DNA from: Candidatus Parcubacteria bacterium
GTDB taxonomy: Bacteria > Patescibacteriota > Patescibacteriia > Patescibacteriales > UBA12465
Reading direction: 5' to 3'
Length of the DNA stretch: 64,000 nt
NCBI GenBank assembly: GCA_023444045.1
Contig: JAEZRQ010000001.1
Location: 66,000 to 129,999, forward strand
Below are positions 16,787-26,534 of this stretch, in pieces (within the stretch, counting starts at the first letter, position 1; every line of letters begins with the position of its first letter). The position numbers and the translations under genes were made by a program. The notes under the pieces are model-generated. The model was given only the letters and a program-made list of their open reading frames with translations. It made no database searches and was not told where the DNA came from.

Positions 16787-17455
16787 TTATATAAACTCCT
16801 TATACACCGGCACTAAAAAGTTAGTACCGTTTTCAATTAGACCTTCTTTAAGAGAAGGAGAGAACCAGCCAAGGCCATATTTCAATAGTCCACCCATGTC
16901 ATGATAAACTCTAGCGAATTCAAAGCCGTCCCAGGATAGACCAAGAGCACAAAAACTTTTATCAAAAGACATTATTTTTGTGTGGTTAGCAATCGCTATT
17001 GCTTCAACATGGTTAGCCGCTATATACCCCTCAGTCTTTAAGGCTTTTCTTAAAGCTGACCCCATTTCATTTTGATTTGACTCGGCGATAGAAATAGAGG
17101 AGAGTTCAACAGCATCAACTCCTATCATATAACCAATTTCAGAAATTGGACTAAGATTACTAGCTTCATGCTCGTTATGGAAAAATCCGTTGTAATAACG
17201 ATATATCTCACTTGAGCCTTTCTGGGATTGGGTATAATGAAAGAAATGCCCCATCTGGTTAATTGTCTCCATTATTCTATTTGGAATTATGGGGACAAAG
17301 GTGGTTTCGTTTATTTCTAGTCCAAGAGAAAGCAATCTTTCCTTCAGAGTATTCTTTTTACTAAAAAAAGCAGTAAGAATTTCATCAGGAAGGTTTGCCA
17401 TTTTTGCTATTTGAAGCGCAAAAATTTTTTCAAAGAGAAAATTGAATTTTTCCAT
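16787..17455 (-). CDS. hypothetical protein
   Basis: 222-aa ORF with a consensus promoter upstream on the minus strand. No family recognised. Confidence 0.6.
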   Translation of the reverse strand: MEKFNFLFEKIFALQIAKMANLPDEILTAFFSKKNTLKERLLSLGLEINETTFVPIIPNRIMETINQMGHFFHYTQSQKGSSEIYRYYNGFFHNEHEASNLSPISEIGYMIGVDAVELSSISIAESNQNEMGSALRKALKTEGYIAANHVEAIAIANHTKIMSFDKSFCALGLSWDGFEFARVYHDMGGLLKYGLGWFSPSLKEGLIENGTNFLVPVYKEFI

Positions 17456-17495
17456 GGTGTATTTTTTTATGTTTTTAATTTACTTTAGTTTTTAG

Positions 17496-17524
17496 ATTAT
17501 AGAGAATAATCTATTTTTTGTCAA
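17496..17524 (-). promoter_or_regulatory. consensus sigma70-type promoter for the 222-aa minus-strand gene
   Basis: On the minus strand: TTGACA (17524-17519), 17-nt spacer, TATAAT (17501-17496). Confidence 0.7.
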
Positions 17525-17550
17525 TAGTTTTTGTCAATAGTTTTTGTCAC
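17515..17550. repeat. 2.8 tandem copies of the 13-mer TTTTTGTCAATAG
   Basis: Copies at 17515-17527 and 17528-17540, with a partial copy at 17541-17550. Each carries TTGACA on the minus strand. Confidence 0.9.
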
Positions 17551-17775
17551 TTTTTAATAATTTTAAATTTATATTCAACAATATATGAGCTTTATTGTTT
17601 TTTATTAACAACTATTTTTTATTTATTACTATAAAAGTTATCCACAGGTTGTTTAAAAGACAGGAATAAAATTAATTTTTGTTTAAAGTGTTTATATTTT
17701 AAAACATAATAAAACAATTAAAATCCTTTAAATTATGGCTTTTTTATTGTTATTTTATAAATCTGACATAAAGTA

Positions 17776-17804
17776 TTGACATAAATTAAATAATTAGCTA
17801 AGAT
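17776..17804 (+). promoter_or_regulatory. probable promoter for the plus-strand small-ORF block
   Basis: TTGACA (17776-17781), 17 nt, TAAGAT (17799-17804). A duplicated TGACATAAA lies just upstream. Confidence 0.5.
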
Positions 17805-17853
17805 GTTTTCAACTTAACCTGTTCGTTAAAAATAAAATCTAAAATTAATAAAC

Positions 17854-18006
17854 ATGACTAAAGCACAAATTATCTGTATGGCTAACGCTTTGCTGTTAAA
17901 AAACGGCTACGATCTTGACGGTTCAAAGAGAAAAAGTGTTCCACTGGAGCAAAAATTCTTTGAAAAAGTGATAATTATCAAGACTCCGATGGGAAACCAT
18001 CGGTAG
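17854..18006 (+). CDS. possible 50-aa protein (below the ORF-track cutoff)
   Basis: ATG at 17854, reading MTKAQIICMANALLLKNGYDLDGSKRKSVPLEQKFFEKVIIIKTPMGNHR, with TAG at 18004-18006. It lies downstream of the predicted promoter. Confidence 0.35.
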   Translation: MTKAQIICMANALLLKNGYDLDGSKRKSVPLEQKFFEKVIIIKTPMGNHR

Positions 18007-18054
18007 TCTCTACTATTCTGTTTAGATATTGTTAAACCATAAAACAAATAAATC

Positions 18055-18348
18055 ATGTATGTATCATTAACTGGTTGGGCGACTTCTCGTGAGATTATTG
18101 AACACGAAGGCAAATTATATTTTGAGGTCGCTGAGATGGGCCATTGTAGTATCTGTCAATCGCGAATTAACCATATTAAGCAAGTTGCTTTGTCTAAGGA
18201 TTTGGATGTTTCTTATGCTCACCTATTAGATCGGTTTCCGCGGGATGCCAGAACTTTATGGGTGGGGCTGATAAAGCCAAAGTCAGAAATGACAGATGAA
18301 GAAATAAAAAGCTTCATTAAGGAACAACTTAACCTGCCGATTGTATAA
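18055..18348 (+). CDS. hypothetical protein
   Basis: 97-aa ORF. No family recognised. Confidence 0.5.
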   Translation: MYVSLTGWATSREIIEHEGKLYFEVAEMGHCSICQSRINHIKQVALSKDLDVSYAHLLDRFPRDARTLWVGLIKPKSEMTDEEIKSFIKEQLNLPIV

Positions 18349-18615
18349 ACACATGGGGATACCAGCAAAGCAGGCGTAAGCATAAATACTTTTTCTATTG
18401 TCTTTTTGATAACAATTTACGTCTAATGCGCAGGACTACAATTGGGGGACATTAGGGAACGCTTTATGTGGCTGGATTATTGTTAACAGGGGGTGGTTAT
18501 TAATGAATCGCCCCCTAAATACCTTTAGTTATTTATTGACATTATTTTGTAAATGTGTTAGTCTTTTCTTGGTAAAAAAAGAACATTAAAAATAATCACC
18601 TAAAATCAGTATATT

Positions 18616-19425
18616 ATGGCAAAGCAAAAGGTAAACGTGAAAGAGGTTTTAAATTGTATCCAGAAACATTTCCAATTAGGGGAACCATTCAACAGCAAAC
18701 AGTTAAAAGATGCTTACATGGATGAAAATCTAAATGTAACCTATTTTATGAGTATTATCGTTGAAAAAGGAGATGCTGTGCAGATAAAAAGAGGCCTTTG
18801 GTCTTTACCTGGTGGAGAAAGAAATGTGTCAAATATAAAAACTTTGTATATTTCTAAGGCCGAAAAACGAATTCTTGATGCCATCTTGAAGATGGACCTC
18901 AAATCAGAAAATGGTATTTCTCGATTTGGAATGAATAAGTTATCGGAAATCCTAACCGAGGAAGAATCTGTGCTGTTACCGGATTTACTCCCAAAACTTA
19001 AAAGCGTTGGCATTTTGTCCTGCGTTGGCACTGGAACACAAGGTAGAATTCTAGAAATTAAGGATGACTTATTTTTAGAATATGTTACCGATCCTGATGT
19101 GGTCAAAGAAATCTCGTTGACTGACCTTGAGATAGATCAAAAGATTAAACGGTTTTTATCTGAAGAGGATAGAAAACGAAACAGATCTCTTGAGATATCC
19201 GAGAGGCTGGAAAGTGTCGAAGGGGAATTACTTAAAGTCCTTACTCAAATTGAAACTCTGGAAACAAACAAGGAATTGATTGAGAAGGAAATAAAGTCTT
19301 TAAGGCAGGATCTTAGCAGGCTTCAAAACACCAATGATGATGTTGAAAGACAATTCATTGACTTGATGGCTGGCATGGATCCAGAAAGACGACGGGAAAT
19401 ATTCAAGAAGATATTAGTTAAATAG
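18616..19425 (+). CDS. hypothetical protein, wHTH-like N-terminal halves plus a C-terminal coiled coil
   Basis: 269-aa ORF. The C-terminal ~90 aa are heptad-rich (LESVEGELLKVLTQIETLETNKELIEKEIKSLRQDLSRLQ). Confidence 0.55.
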   Translation: MAKQKVNVKEVLNCIQKHFQLGEPFNSKQLKDAYMDENLNVTYFMSIIVEKGDAVQIKRGLWSLPGGERNVSNIKTLYISKAEKRILDAILKMDLKSENGISRFGMNKLSEILTEEESVLLPDLLPKLKSVGILSCVGTGTQGRILEIKDDLFLEYVTDPDVVKEISLTDLEIDQKIKRFLSEEDRKRNRSLEISERLESVEGELLKVLTQIETLETNKELIEKEIKSLRQDLSRLQNTNDDVERQFIDLMAGMDPERRREIFKKILVK

Positions 19426-19472
19426 TATAAACCCGGGAGCAGCCTAAAACTGCTCCCACAATAATTAATAAA

Positions 19473-19751
19473 ATGGAAGTATCTACTCTGATTGCTGTTA
19501 AGTTGACACTATATTTTTTTAGTTTGCTGTTATCCTTATTCTTAGGAACAAGGCAAAAAGCAAGTGATCTCTATCTGTTTTGGTCCCTTCTAATAATAGG
19601 ATCTATTCAGGGGTTATTAGGATTCCTCCTATTCTTTAGCTTAATGGATATTCAGCCAGCTTGGATTCCTGCTATGGCTATTGTTCTTTTCTTTGATGCG
19701 GTTATAGCTGCAGTCAGGGATGTAATGATTAGGAGAAAAAATAAACAATAA
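19473..19751 (+). CDS. small membrane protein (3 TM)
   Basis: 92-aa hydrophobic ORF followed by a strong terminator. Confidence 0.55.
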   Translation: MEVSTLIAVKLTLYFFSLLLSLFLGTRQKASDLYLFWSLLIIGSIQGLLGFLLFFSLMDIQPAWIPAMAIVLFFDAVIAAVRDVMIRRKNKQ

Positions 19752-19770
19752 ACAATAATAAACAAATAAA

Positions 19771-19801
19771 AGACTATCAAAATGATAGTCTGTTTTTTTT
19801 G
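19771..19801 (+). terminator. intrinsic terminator
   Basis: AGACTATC / GATAGTCT stem, then T8. Confidence 0.8.
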
Positions 19802-19848
19802 ACAAAACACCCTCGCTAAACTATGATAAATAGGCAATAAATAATCAT

Positions 19849-21084
19849 ATGAAATACGAATTTTTGCCAAATCAAGACCCGGAACTTTTTAGCTATATTA
19901 GCGAAGAAGAAACTCGCCAAGAAAACGAAATTGAGCTGATTGCTTCTGAAAATTATGCTTCAGCGGCAGTTTTGGAAGCACTTTCAACCTCTTTAGCTAA
20001 TAAGTACAGCGAGGGCTATAGTGGTCATCGTTATTATGGTGGTAATGAAATTGTTGATCGGGCAGAAGACTTGGCTATAAGACGCGCTCAAGAATTATTT
20101 GGCGCTGAGCATGTTAATGTTCAGCCACTATCTGGCTCACCAGCTAACGCGGCTGTCTACATGGCCTTTTTAGAACCGGGCGATAAAGTCCTCGGATTAA
20201 GACTTGATCATGGCGGACACCTATCGCATGGCCATGATGTTAATTTTTCCGGCCGTCTTTACAATTTTGTTCAATATGGTGTTAATCCAGAAACCGGCAT
20301 TATTGATATGGAGGAAGTGCGCCGCGTTGCTCTGGCTGAAAAACCAAAAATGATAGTTGCTGGTTTTAGTGCCTACTCTCGTAATATTGATTGGCAGAAA
20401 TTTAAGGAAATTGCTGATGAAGTTGGTGCTTATACTTTTGCGGATATTGCCCACATTGCCGGACTGATAGCTGCCGGGATTATTGATTCTCCGGTGCCAT
20501 ATTTTGATGTTGTCTCAACTACTACCCACAAGACACTGCGTGGCCCCAGAGGAGCAATTATTATGTGTAAGAAAAAATTTGCTAAACAAATTGATCGAGC
20601 AGTTTTTCCAGGAATGCAAGGTGGTCCTCATGATCACGTGACAGCCGCTAAAGCTGCCGCTTTTGCTGAAGCTTTAAAACCGGAATTTAAGGAATACAGC
20701 AAACAAACAGTCACAAATGCCAAAACCTTAGTCACAGAACTTATTAATAAAGGTTATAAAATAGTTTCAGGTGGTACTGATAATCATTTAATGGTGGTTG
20801 ATTTAAGTGGTAAAGGATTGGTCGGTAAAGAAGCAGAGAGTATTTTAGAAAAAATTGGCATTTCAGTTTCCCGATCCACAATTCCTAATGATCCAAACCC
20901 ACCAATGAATCCCTCCGGAATTAGAATTGGCACTCCAGCAGTAACAACTAGGGGTATGAAAGAAGCCGAGATGGTAACTTTGGCTGATTTAATTGATAGA
21001 GCGCTAACTAACAAAGAAGGAATAAATATTTTAAAAGAAGAAGTAAATAAGCTGTGTCAGAAATTCCCTATTTATAAGAAATAA
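19849..21084 (+). CDS. glyA: serine hydroxymethyltransferase
   Basis: The full-length protein has the SHMT hallmarks [17 protein letters not shown] and the PLP-lysine region [15 protein letters not shown]. Confidence 0.95.
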   Translation: MKYEFLPNQDPELFSYISEEETRQENEIELIASENYASAAVLEALSTSLANKYSEGYSGHRYYGGNEIVDRAEDLAIRRAQELFGAEHVNVQPLSGSPANAAVYMAFLEPGDKVLGLRLDHGGHLSHGHDVNFSGRLYNFVQYGVNPETGIIDMEEVRRVALAEKPKMIVAGFSAYSRNIDWQKFKEIADEVGAYTFADIAHIAGLIAAGIIDSPVPYFDVVSTTTHKTLRGPRGAIIMCKKKFAKQIDRAVFPGMQGGPHDHVTAAKAAAFAEALKPEFKEYSKQTVTNAKTLVTELINKGYKIVSGGTDNHLMVVDLSGKGLVGKEAESILEKIGISVSRSTIPNDPNPPMNPSGIRIGTPAVTTRGMKEAEMVTLADLIDRALTNKEGINILKEEVNKLCQKFPIYKK

Positions 21085-21088
21085 AAAC

Positions 21089-21910
21089 ATGAAATTAATT
21101 GATGGCCGCGCTTTAGCGGAACAAATAAAAGATAAAATCGCTCTTGAGGTTTTTGATTTGGTAAAAAATGGTCAGGCGCATCCAAGTCTGGCAATTATTT
21201 TAGTTGGTAATCGTCCTGATTCAAAACTGTATGTCTCTTTAAAAGAAAGAGAAGCTAAAAAATTAGGCATTGACACCCATCTTTATGAGCTAGAAGAAAA
21301 TGTTTCTGAAGATGAAATTATTCAAACAATTAATTTCTTAAATAATGACCCAGCAATTGATGCTATCTTAGTGCAACTACCACTACCAGAACATCTAGAT
21401 ACTGATAAGATAATGGAAAAAATTGATCCTAGGAAAGACGCTGACGGTTTCTTAAAAAATCATCCACAGAATGTTATTTCGCCAGTTTTTTCTTCAGTTA
21501 AGCTAATGCTAACCGATATTAATATTAATCCCAAAAACCTAAAGGCTGGTATTTTATATAATTCTGAAATTTTTGGTTTAGGACTAAAAGAAATATTACT
21601 TGCTTATGGCTTTAAAGAGGTAGTGCTAGCAGGAGTAAAAGATGTTGATGATGTTCTAGATGTTGATGTTTTAATTAGTGCAGTTGGTCAACCATTTTTT
21701 ATTAAGTCAGGCATGATAAAAAAGGATGTGGTTTTAATTGATATTGGGACGACACAAGTTGGCAACCAGGTTTGTGGTGATGTTGATTTTGAAAGTGTTA
21801 AGGATAAAGCTTCTTATATTTCCCCGGTACCGGGCGGTGTTGGCCCAATGACAATCGCTTTTCTGTTTCAGAATGTCTTAAACATTTATAAAAATAAAAA
21901 AGCCGCCTAA
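21089..21910 (+). CDS. folD: bifunctional methylenetetrahydrofolate dehydrogenase/cyclohydrolase
   Basis: LAIILVGNRPDSKLYVSLKEREAKKLGI and VPGGVGPMTIAFL motifs. Confidence 0.9.
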   Translation: MKLIDGRALAEQIKDKIALEVFDLVKNGQAHPSLAIILVGNRPDSKLYVSLKEREAKKLGIDTHLYELEENVSEDEIIQTINFLNNDPAIDAILVQLPLPEHLDTDKIMEKIDPRKDADGFLKNHPQNVISPVFSSVKLMLTDININPKNLKAGILYNSEIFGLGLKEILLAYGFKEVVLAGVKDVDDVLDVDVLISAVGQPFFIKSGMIKKDVVLIDIGTTQVGNQVCGDVDFESVKDKASYISPVPGGVGPMTIAFLFQNVLNIYKNKKAA

Positions 21911-21927
21911 AACGCGGTTTTAATATA

Positions 21928-23706
21928 ATGCCTCAAAGAAAAAGACAACTCCTTGATTTACTTAAGATTCATTTTGGCTATGAGTCTTTTCGTCCTGGGC
22001 AAGAAGAAGCAATTGATCACCTTTTAGCTGCCAAAAATACAATTGTTATTTTGCCAACCGGCGGCGGTAAATCAATGATTTATCAATTACCGGCTTTAAT
22101 TTTTGAGGGAGTGACTTTAGTAGTTTCGCCGCTAATTGCTTTAATGAAGGACCAAGTTGATTCTTTAGAAAAAGTTGGTATTCCATCAACTTTTATTAAT
22201 TCCTCTTTATCATTAAAGGAAAGTGAAAATAGAATTAAAAGAATTAGAGAAGGATATTACAAAATAATTTATATTGCTCCGGAACGTTTTTATAACGCCG
22301 CCTTTATGTTAGAAATTAGACAGTTAAAGGTTTCTCTTTTTGCTATTGATGAGGCTCACTGCATTTCCCAATGGGGGCATGATTTTCGTCCTAGTTATTT
22401 AAGACTCAAAGAAGTGGTTAAAATTTTAGGTTATCCTCCGGTGGTAGCCTTAACCGCAACTGCCACCCCCGAGGTTCGTGAAGATATTGCCAGGCAGCTT
22501 AATTTAAGTGACCCAGAATATGTAATTAGTGGTTTCGCGCGGCCTAATTTACAATTAGCGGTTGTTCAGGCAACTAACGGCCAGAAAATTCAATATATCT
22601 TAGATGCCCTGGATAATAATAACCTGGGTTCGGGAATTATTTATGTAGGCACTCGCTCTAAGGCTGATGAGCTGGCGGAACTTTTAATTGAACGCGATAT
22701 CAAAGCAGTTGTCTATCATGCGGGGATGGACGCCGATAGTCGTGAATGGGTGCAAAATAGTTTTATGAAAGGTGAGGCTCAGGTGGTAATCGCTACTAAT
22801 GCTTTTGGTTTAGGGATTAATAAAAAAGATATTCGCTTTGTGATTCATCATGATATTCCCGGAACGATTGAGGCTTACTATCAAGAAGCTGGTCGGGCGG
22901 GACGTGACGGCAAACCAAGTTTCTGTCTATTATTTTATTCACCACAAGATAGGTATTTAAGAGAATTTTTTATTAAAGGCGACAACCCTTCCCCTAATAT
23001 TATTTTGGAGGTGTATGATTTTTTAACCGGCTTATCTGATAAAAATGAAGAGCATAATTTAGATAGCGTTTTAATTACCTACTCAGAAATTATCCAAAAT
23101 TTATCAGAAAAGGTTCCAGAAATGGCAGTGGGTACCGCTTTAAAAATTTTAGAAAAAGAAGGCTATATTTCCCGTCCTAATGAAAAAAATTCTAATGCTT
23201 ATTTGAAGGCGAAGGCGGATGTGGCGGCGATGATTCAGGCTTCTGGCAAAAGAGCTAAAGTTCAACTGGAAATTATTGATAAGTTATTTAATCGTTTTAG
23301 CAAAGAGATTATTTCTGGTTGGGAATTTAATTTAGAGAATGTAGCGCAAATTATCGGCGTAAAAAAAGATTCCCTGCAGCGAACAATTAAAAAACTATTA
23401 GAGAAGGATTTGGTAGAATATCGGCCGCCATTTAGAGGTACAGAAATTAAAATATTAAAGAACGTGCCGGCTGCAGATGTTAATTTAGATTTTAAAGCTT
23501 TAAGATTAAAAGCTGACCGGGCTTATGAGAAGCTTGATGAAATGGAGCAATATGTCTATCAAATTTCTTGTCGTCAGCGCTATATTTTAAAATATTTTGG
23601 TGATCACGATGCTTTAGATTGTGGCCAGTGTGATAATTGTTTAAAAGTTAAAAAGGTAGTAGAGGCTGGTGGCGAGGATTATCGCTATAAAGAGTATTTA
23701 TCATAA
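21928..23706 (+). CDS. recQ: ATP-dependent DNA helicase RecQ
   Basis: TGGGKS Walker A, DEAH box in FAIDEAHCISQWGHDFRPSY, a C-terminal zinc-binding Cys cluster and an RQC-like region. Confidence 0.9.
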   Translation: MPQRKRQLLDLLKIHFGYESFRPGQEEAIDHLLAAKNTIVILPTGGGKSMIYQLPALIFEGVTLVVSPLIALMKDQVDSLEKVGIPSTFINSSLSLKESENRIKRIREGYYKIIYIAPERFYNAAFMLEIRQLKVSLFAIDEAHCISQWGHDFRPSYLRLKEVVKILGYPPVVALTATATPEVREDIARQLNLSDPEYVISGFARPNLQLAVVQATNGQKIQYILDALDNNNLGSGIIYVGTRSKADELAELLIERDIKAVVYHAGMDADSREWVQNSFMKGEAQVVIATNAFGLGINKKDIRFVIHHDIPGTIEAYYQEAGRAGRDGKPSFCLLFYSPQDRYLREFFIKGDNPSPNIILEVYDFLTGLSDKNEEHNLDSVLITYSEIIQNLSEKVPEMAVGTALKILEKEGYISRPNEKNSNAYLKAKADVAAMIQASGKRAKVQLEIIDKLFNRFSKEIISGWEFNLENVAQIIGVKKDSLQRTIKKLLEKDLVEYRPPFRGTEIKILKNVPAADVNLDFKALRLKADRAYEKLDEMEQYVYQISCRQRYILKYFGDHDALDCGQCDNCLKVKKVVEAGGEDYRYKEYLS

Positions 23707-23707
23707 T

Positions 23708-24406
23708 ATGGAAGATAGAACTAAAAAGTATTTACAATCAGTGGTTAAAAATAATTATCAGGAAATTGCTGCTTATTTTGATGTGACCAGAAAAAAACAC
23801 ACTTGGCCGGAACTGGAAAAAATTCTTAGTTTTTTAAAAGATGGAGACAGTGTTTTAGATGTTGGCTGTGGTAACGGTCGTTTACTAGATAATATAAGAA
23901 ATAAAAAAATTGATTATTTAGGGATTGATAACAGCAGTAATTTAATAGAAATTGCTAGAAAAAATTATCCGGAAAATGACTTTATATTGGGGGATATTCT
24001 ATATTTAGATAAAGCGACAAACAAAGAATTTGATTTAGTTATTTCGGTAGCTGTTTTACATCACCTACCAAGTCTTGATTTAAGACTTTCGGCTTTAAAG
24101 CAATTAGCTCTAATGACTAGAAGTGGTGGCAGAATAATTTTTAGTGCCTGGAAGATTTGGTCAAATAAAAAATATCTAAAACCACTACTTAAAAATATTT
24201 TTTTAAAGCTTACTTTTCAAAGTGACTTGGATTTTGGTGACCTTTTGTTTCCCTGGAAGGATAATCAAGGGAATCCGCTTAGTGAAAGATATTACCATGC
24301 TTTCACCAGCTACAGCTTAAGGTCTTTGTTAAAAAAAGCTGGTTTTAAAAAGTTTAATTTATATAGTGATAATAATAATTATTGGGTTACTATTGACACC
24401 CCATAG
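23708..24406 (+). CDS. class I SAM-dependent methyltransferase
   Basis: Motif I VLDVGCGNGRL. I prefer the ATG at 23708, right after the recQ stop; the track starts at a GTG at 23669. Confidence 0.75.
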   Translation: MEDRTKKYLQSVVKNNYQEIAAYFDVTRKKHTWPELEKILSFLKDGDSVLDVGCGNGRLLDNIRNKKIDYLGIDNSSNLIEIARKNYPENDFILGDILYLDKATNKEFDLVISVAVLHHLPSLDLRLSALKQLALMTRSGGRIIFSAWKIWSNKKYLKPLLKNIFLKLTFQSDLDFGDLLFPWKDNQGNPLSERYYHAFTSYSLRSLLKKAGFKKFNLYSDNNNYWVTIDTP

Positions 24407-24420
24407 GGGTATGTTATATA

Positions 24421-24666
24421 ATGAAGCATATGAAAACTAGTGAACAAAGAATCAATACCATTATTGGGCAGCTTGAGGGAGTTAAAAAAATGTTAACTCA
24501 AAGAAACAAAGATTGTTTTGCCTCAATTGTGCAGTTAAAAGCCATTCGTTCAGCCACTTCTTCTCTGATGAATAAGATTATCTCTGAAGAGATGGATCAT
24601 TGTTTGCTTGAAAAAAATGGACGCAAAGAAAAACTTACTAAAATTTTTAAAGAAATAATTAAATAA
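24421..24666 (+). CDS. CsoR/RcnR-family (DUF156) metal- or thiol-sensing repressor
   Basis: 81 aa with INTIIGQLEGVKKM and Cys/His positions (DC..., DHC) typical of the family. Confidence 0.65.
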   Translation: MKHMKTSEQRINTIIGQLEGVKKMLTQRNKDCFASIVQLKAIRSATSSLMNKIISEEMDHCLLEKNGRKEKLTKIFKEIIK

Positions 24667-24674
24667 CTAAATTT

Positions 24675-25004
24675 ATGTCACAAGCATTAGATGTTAACAA
24701 AAATAATTTTGAAACTGAAGTTTTAAAAAGTGAACTTCCAGTGTTAGTAGATTTCTGGGCTCCTTGGTGTGCTCCTTGCCGCATGATGGCGCCAATTCTA
24801 GATGAGCTATCAGTGGAATTAGCAGGAAAAGTTAAGATTGTAAAAGTAAATACCGAGGAAGCTGAGAATCAAGACCTAGCGATACAATACCAGATTCAAA
24901 GTATTCCTAATATGAAACTGTTTAAAAACGGAGCGGTTGCCGGAGAATTCATCGGTATGCGTAGTAAGGATAGTTTAAAGGGTGATTTAATGGCAATACT
25001 TTAA
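24675..25004 (+). CDS. trxA: thioredoxin
   Basis: WAPWCAPCRMMAP active site in a 109-aa protein. Confidence 0.9.
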   Translation: MSQALDVNKNNFETEVLKSELPVLVDFWAPWCAPCRMMAPILDELSVELAGKVKIVKVNTEEAENQDLAIQYQIQSIPNMKLFKNGAVAGEFIGMRSKDSLKGDLMAIL

Positions 25005-25099
25005 ACAACAAAAAAATAAACAAAAATAAGCTTCTTAGGAGCTTGTTTTTTTATTTTTTAATTTATGGGGTATAATATAAATAATTTAAAATTAACCAT

Positions 25100-25813
25100 A
25101 TGATGTTAGCTGAAAAAACTTTAATTAGTGGAAATAAAGAAGTAAGAAACAATCAGGCAGAAAAAACCCCGTCTCCTGAATTATTAAAAATTCAAGAGAG
25201 TTTACAAAAATTAAAAAATAGTAGAGAGAATCTTGCTTTAGATGAATATAAAAAAATAAGCTTTCAGACTTACAAAGATTTGGCGGGTTTTCTTATTGAT
25301 AGTGGTGCAGACCTTGTTCCTGATATAAACCAAATATATCAAAAATATAATAAACAAATGTCTAATCCTTTAATTGTTAGGCGTGAAGATCCGGAAAAAG
25401 TAGCTTCTCTAGTAGAAGGATTTGATATCAGTCTTTCATTTGATCCAAAGGTTGTGGGCGATCGCGGCGATAAATATGTTAATTGTGCTATCTGGCCATA
25501 TGGACGAGATTTAGTTTCTGGTATTAGGAATGCTTTCTTAGAGGGTCGGGGCATGGCCGGCCCACTTGTTGCTTTAATTGGAGTAAAACAAAATTACAAG
25601 AATAATAAAGTTGAGGAGGCTGATGATTATCTAAAAAAAGTTGGAACAATTGAAAGAGATGCTGTTAGGATTGCCTCTGGAGAACTTACTAAAGATGATT
25701 TAGAATTTGTTATTTTACGAATACAGAAAGAATTCTTTCCGGAAGAGAATATGTTTGCTGAAGAAAAGACCTCAGAAGCTAAACAGATTTTTAGAGGGTT
25801 TTTGTTTGAATAA
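25100..25813 (+). CDS. hypothetical protein
   Basis: 237-aa ORF. No family recognised. Confidence 0.55.
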   Translation: MMLAEKTLISGNKEVRNNQAEKTPSPELLKIQESLQKLKNSRENLALDEYKKISFQTYKDLAGFLIDSGADLVPDINQIYQKYNKQMSNPLIVRREDPEKVASLVEGFDISLSFDPKVVGDRGDKYVNCAIWPYGRDLVSGIRNAFLEGRGMAGPLVALIGVKQNYKNNKVEEADDYLKKVGTIERDAVRIASGELTKDDLEFVILRIQKEFFPEENMFAEEKTSEAKQIFRGFLFE

Positions 25814-25819
25814 GAAAAA

Positions 25820-25849
25820 AAGACCTAACTTATGTTGGTCTTTTTTTTA
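25820..25849. terminator. bidirectional terminator
   Basis: AAGACC / GGTCTT stem flanked by an A-run and T8. Confidence 0.6.
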
Positions 25850-26117
25850 TACACTTTAGGCAATGTTCGGCTGCCGGGACAATTAAAAGTCTTTTTTCTT
25901 CAATTTCTTGTCCACAGCTTTCACATATACCATAGTTTCCATTTTCTATTTTTTTTAGAGCTTTTTCCAAAATTGGAACTAGTTCTTTCTGTTTATAACG
26001 AGTATAAGGGGAAACGTCTCCAGAAAGGAGCTCGTCACCGATTCGGTTTTTATCCTTATACTTATTAATCCTTTTTATTATCCGCTCTTTCTGTGCGGAT
26101 ATAAAATTTTTTTCCAT
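25830..26117 (-). CDS. DksA/TraR-family C4 zinc-finger protein
   Basis: CESCGQEIEEKRLLIVPAAEHCLKC. Confidence 0.7.
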   Translation of the reverse strand: MEKNFISAQKERIIKRINKYKDKNRIGDELLSGDVSPYTRYKQKELVPILEKALKKIENGNYGICESCGQEIEEKRLLIVPAAEHCLKCIKKRPT

Positions 26118-26121
26118 TTTA

Positions 26122-26397
26122 TCACTTTTTTATTAGCTCCAGAATTATTTCTCGGGCTTTCTTGTATACTTTTTTGTCGCATAAATATTCAACGTCTCTT
26201 TTTTCCTCTTCAGTTAATGTTTTTGATTCGTGAATCGCTCTTCTAAACTCAATTGTTCTTTTTTTGGTGCTACCTCTTCTGTTTGGTGCTCCCAGAATCT
26301 TTTCGACAGCGCCGTCAAAAGTTTCGTTAATAAGATTTTGAGCGGCTAAGATAATTGCCTTGTTTTCCTTAATGTTAGAAATAATTTTTTCAATCAT
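26122..26397 (-). CDS. hypothetical protein
   Basis: 91-aa ORF lying 4 nt upstream of the DksA-like gene. Confidence 0.5.
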   Translation of the reverse strand: MIEKIISNIKENKAIILAAQNLINETFDGAVEKILGAPNRRGSTKKRTIEFRRAIHESKTLTEEEKRDVEYLCDKKVYKKAREIILELIKK

Positions 26398-26534
26398 TTT
26401 TAAAATTTTTTTGGTTTGTAATAAGAACTAGGACTATCTTTATAGCAGTTATATTAATATTTGTCAATAGCTATTTGGGGTAAAAAAATAAGGCCATTTT
26501 TAGGCCCTATTTTTATATTTTAACTTCCTATTTA

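Noticed and set aside
17515-17550. The tandem 13-mers, considered as a CRISPR array or minisatellite.
   Set aside because: The units are directly abutting, with no spacers, and there are only 2.8 of them. They coincide with a promoter -35 box.
17638-17646. The perfect DnaA box TTATCCACA in an AT-rich spacer, considered as a chromosomal or plasmid origin.
   Set aside because: I found only one box. No dnaA, dnaN or rep gene is nearby, and I did not identify a DUE-plus-box-cluster architecture. I kept it only as a note within the control-region finding.
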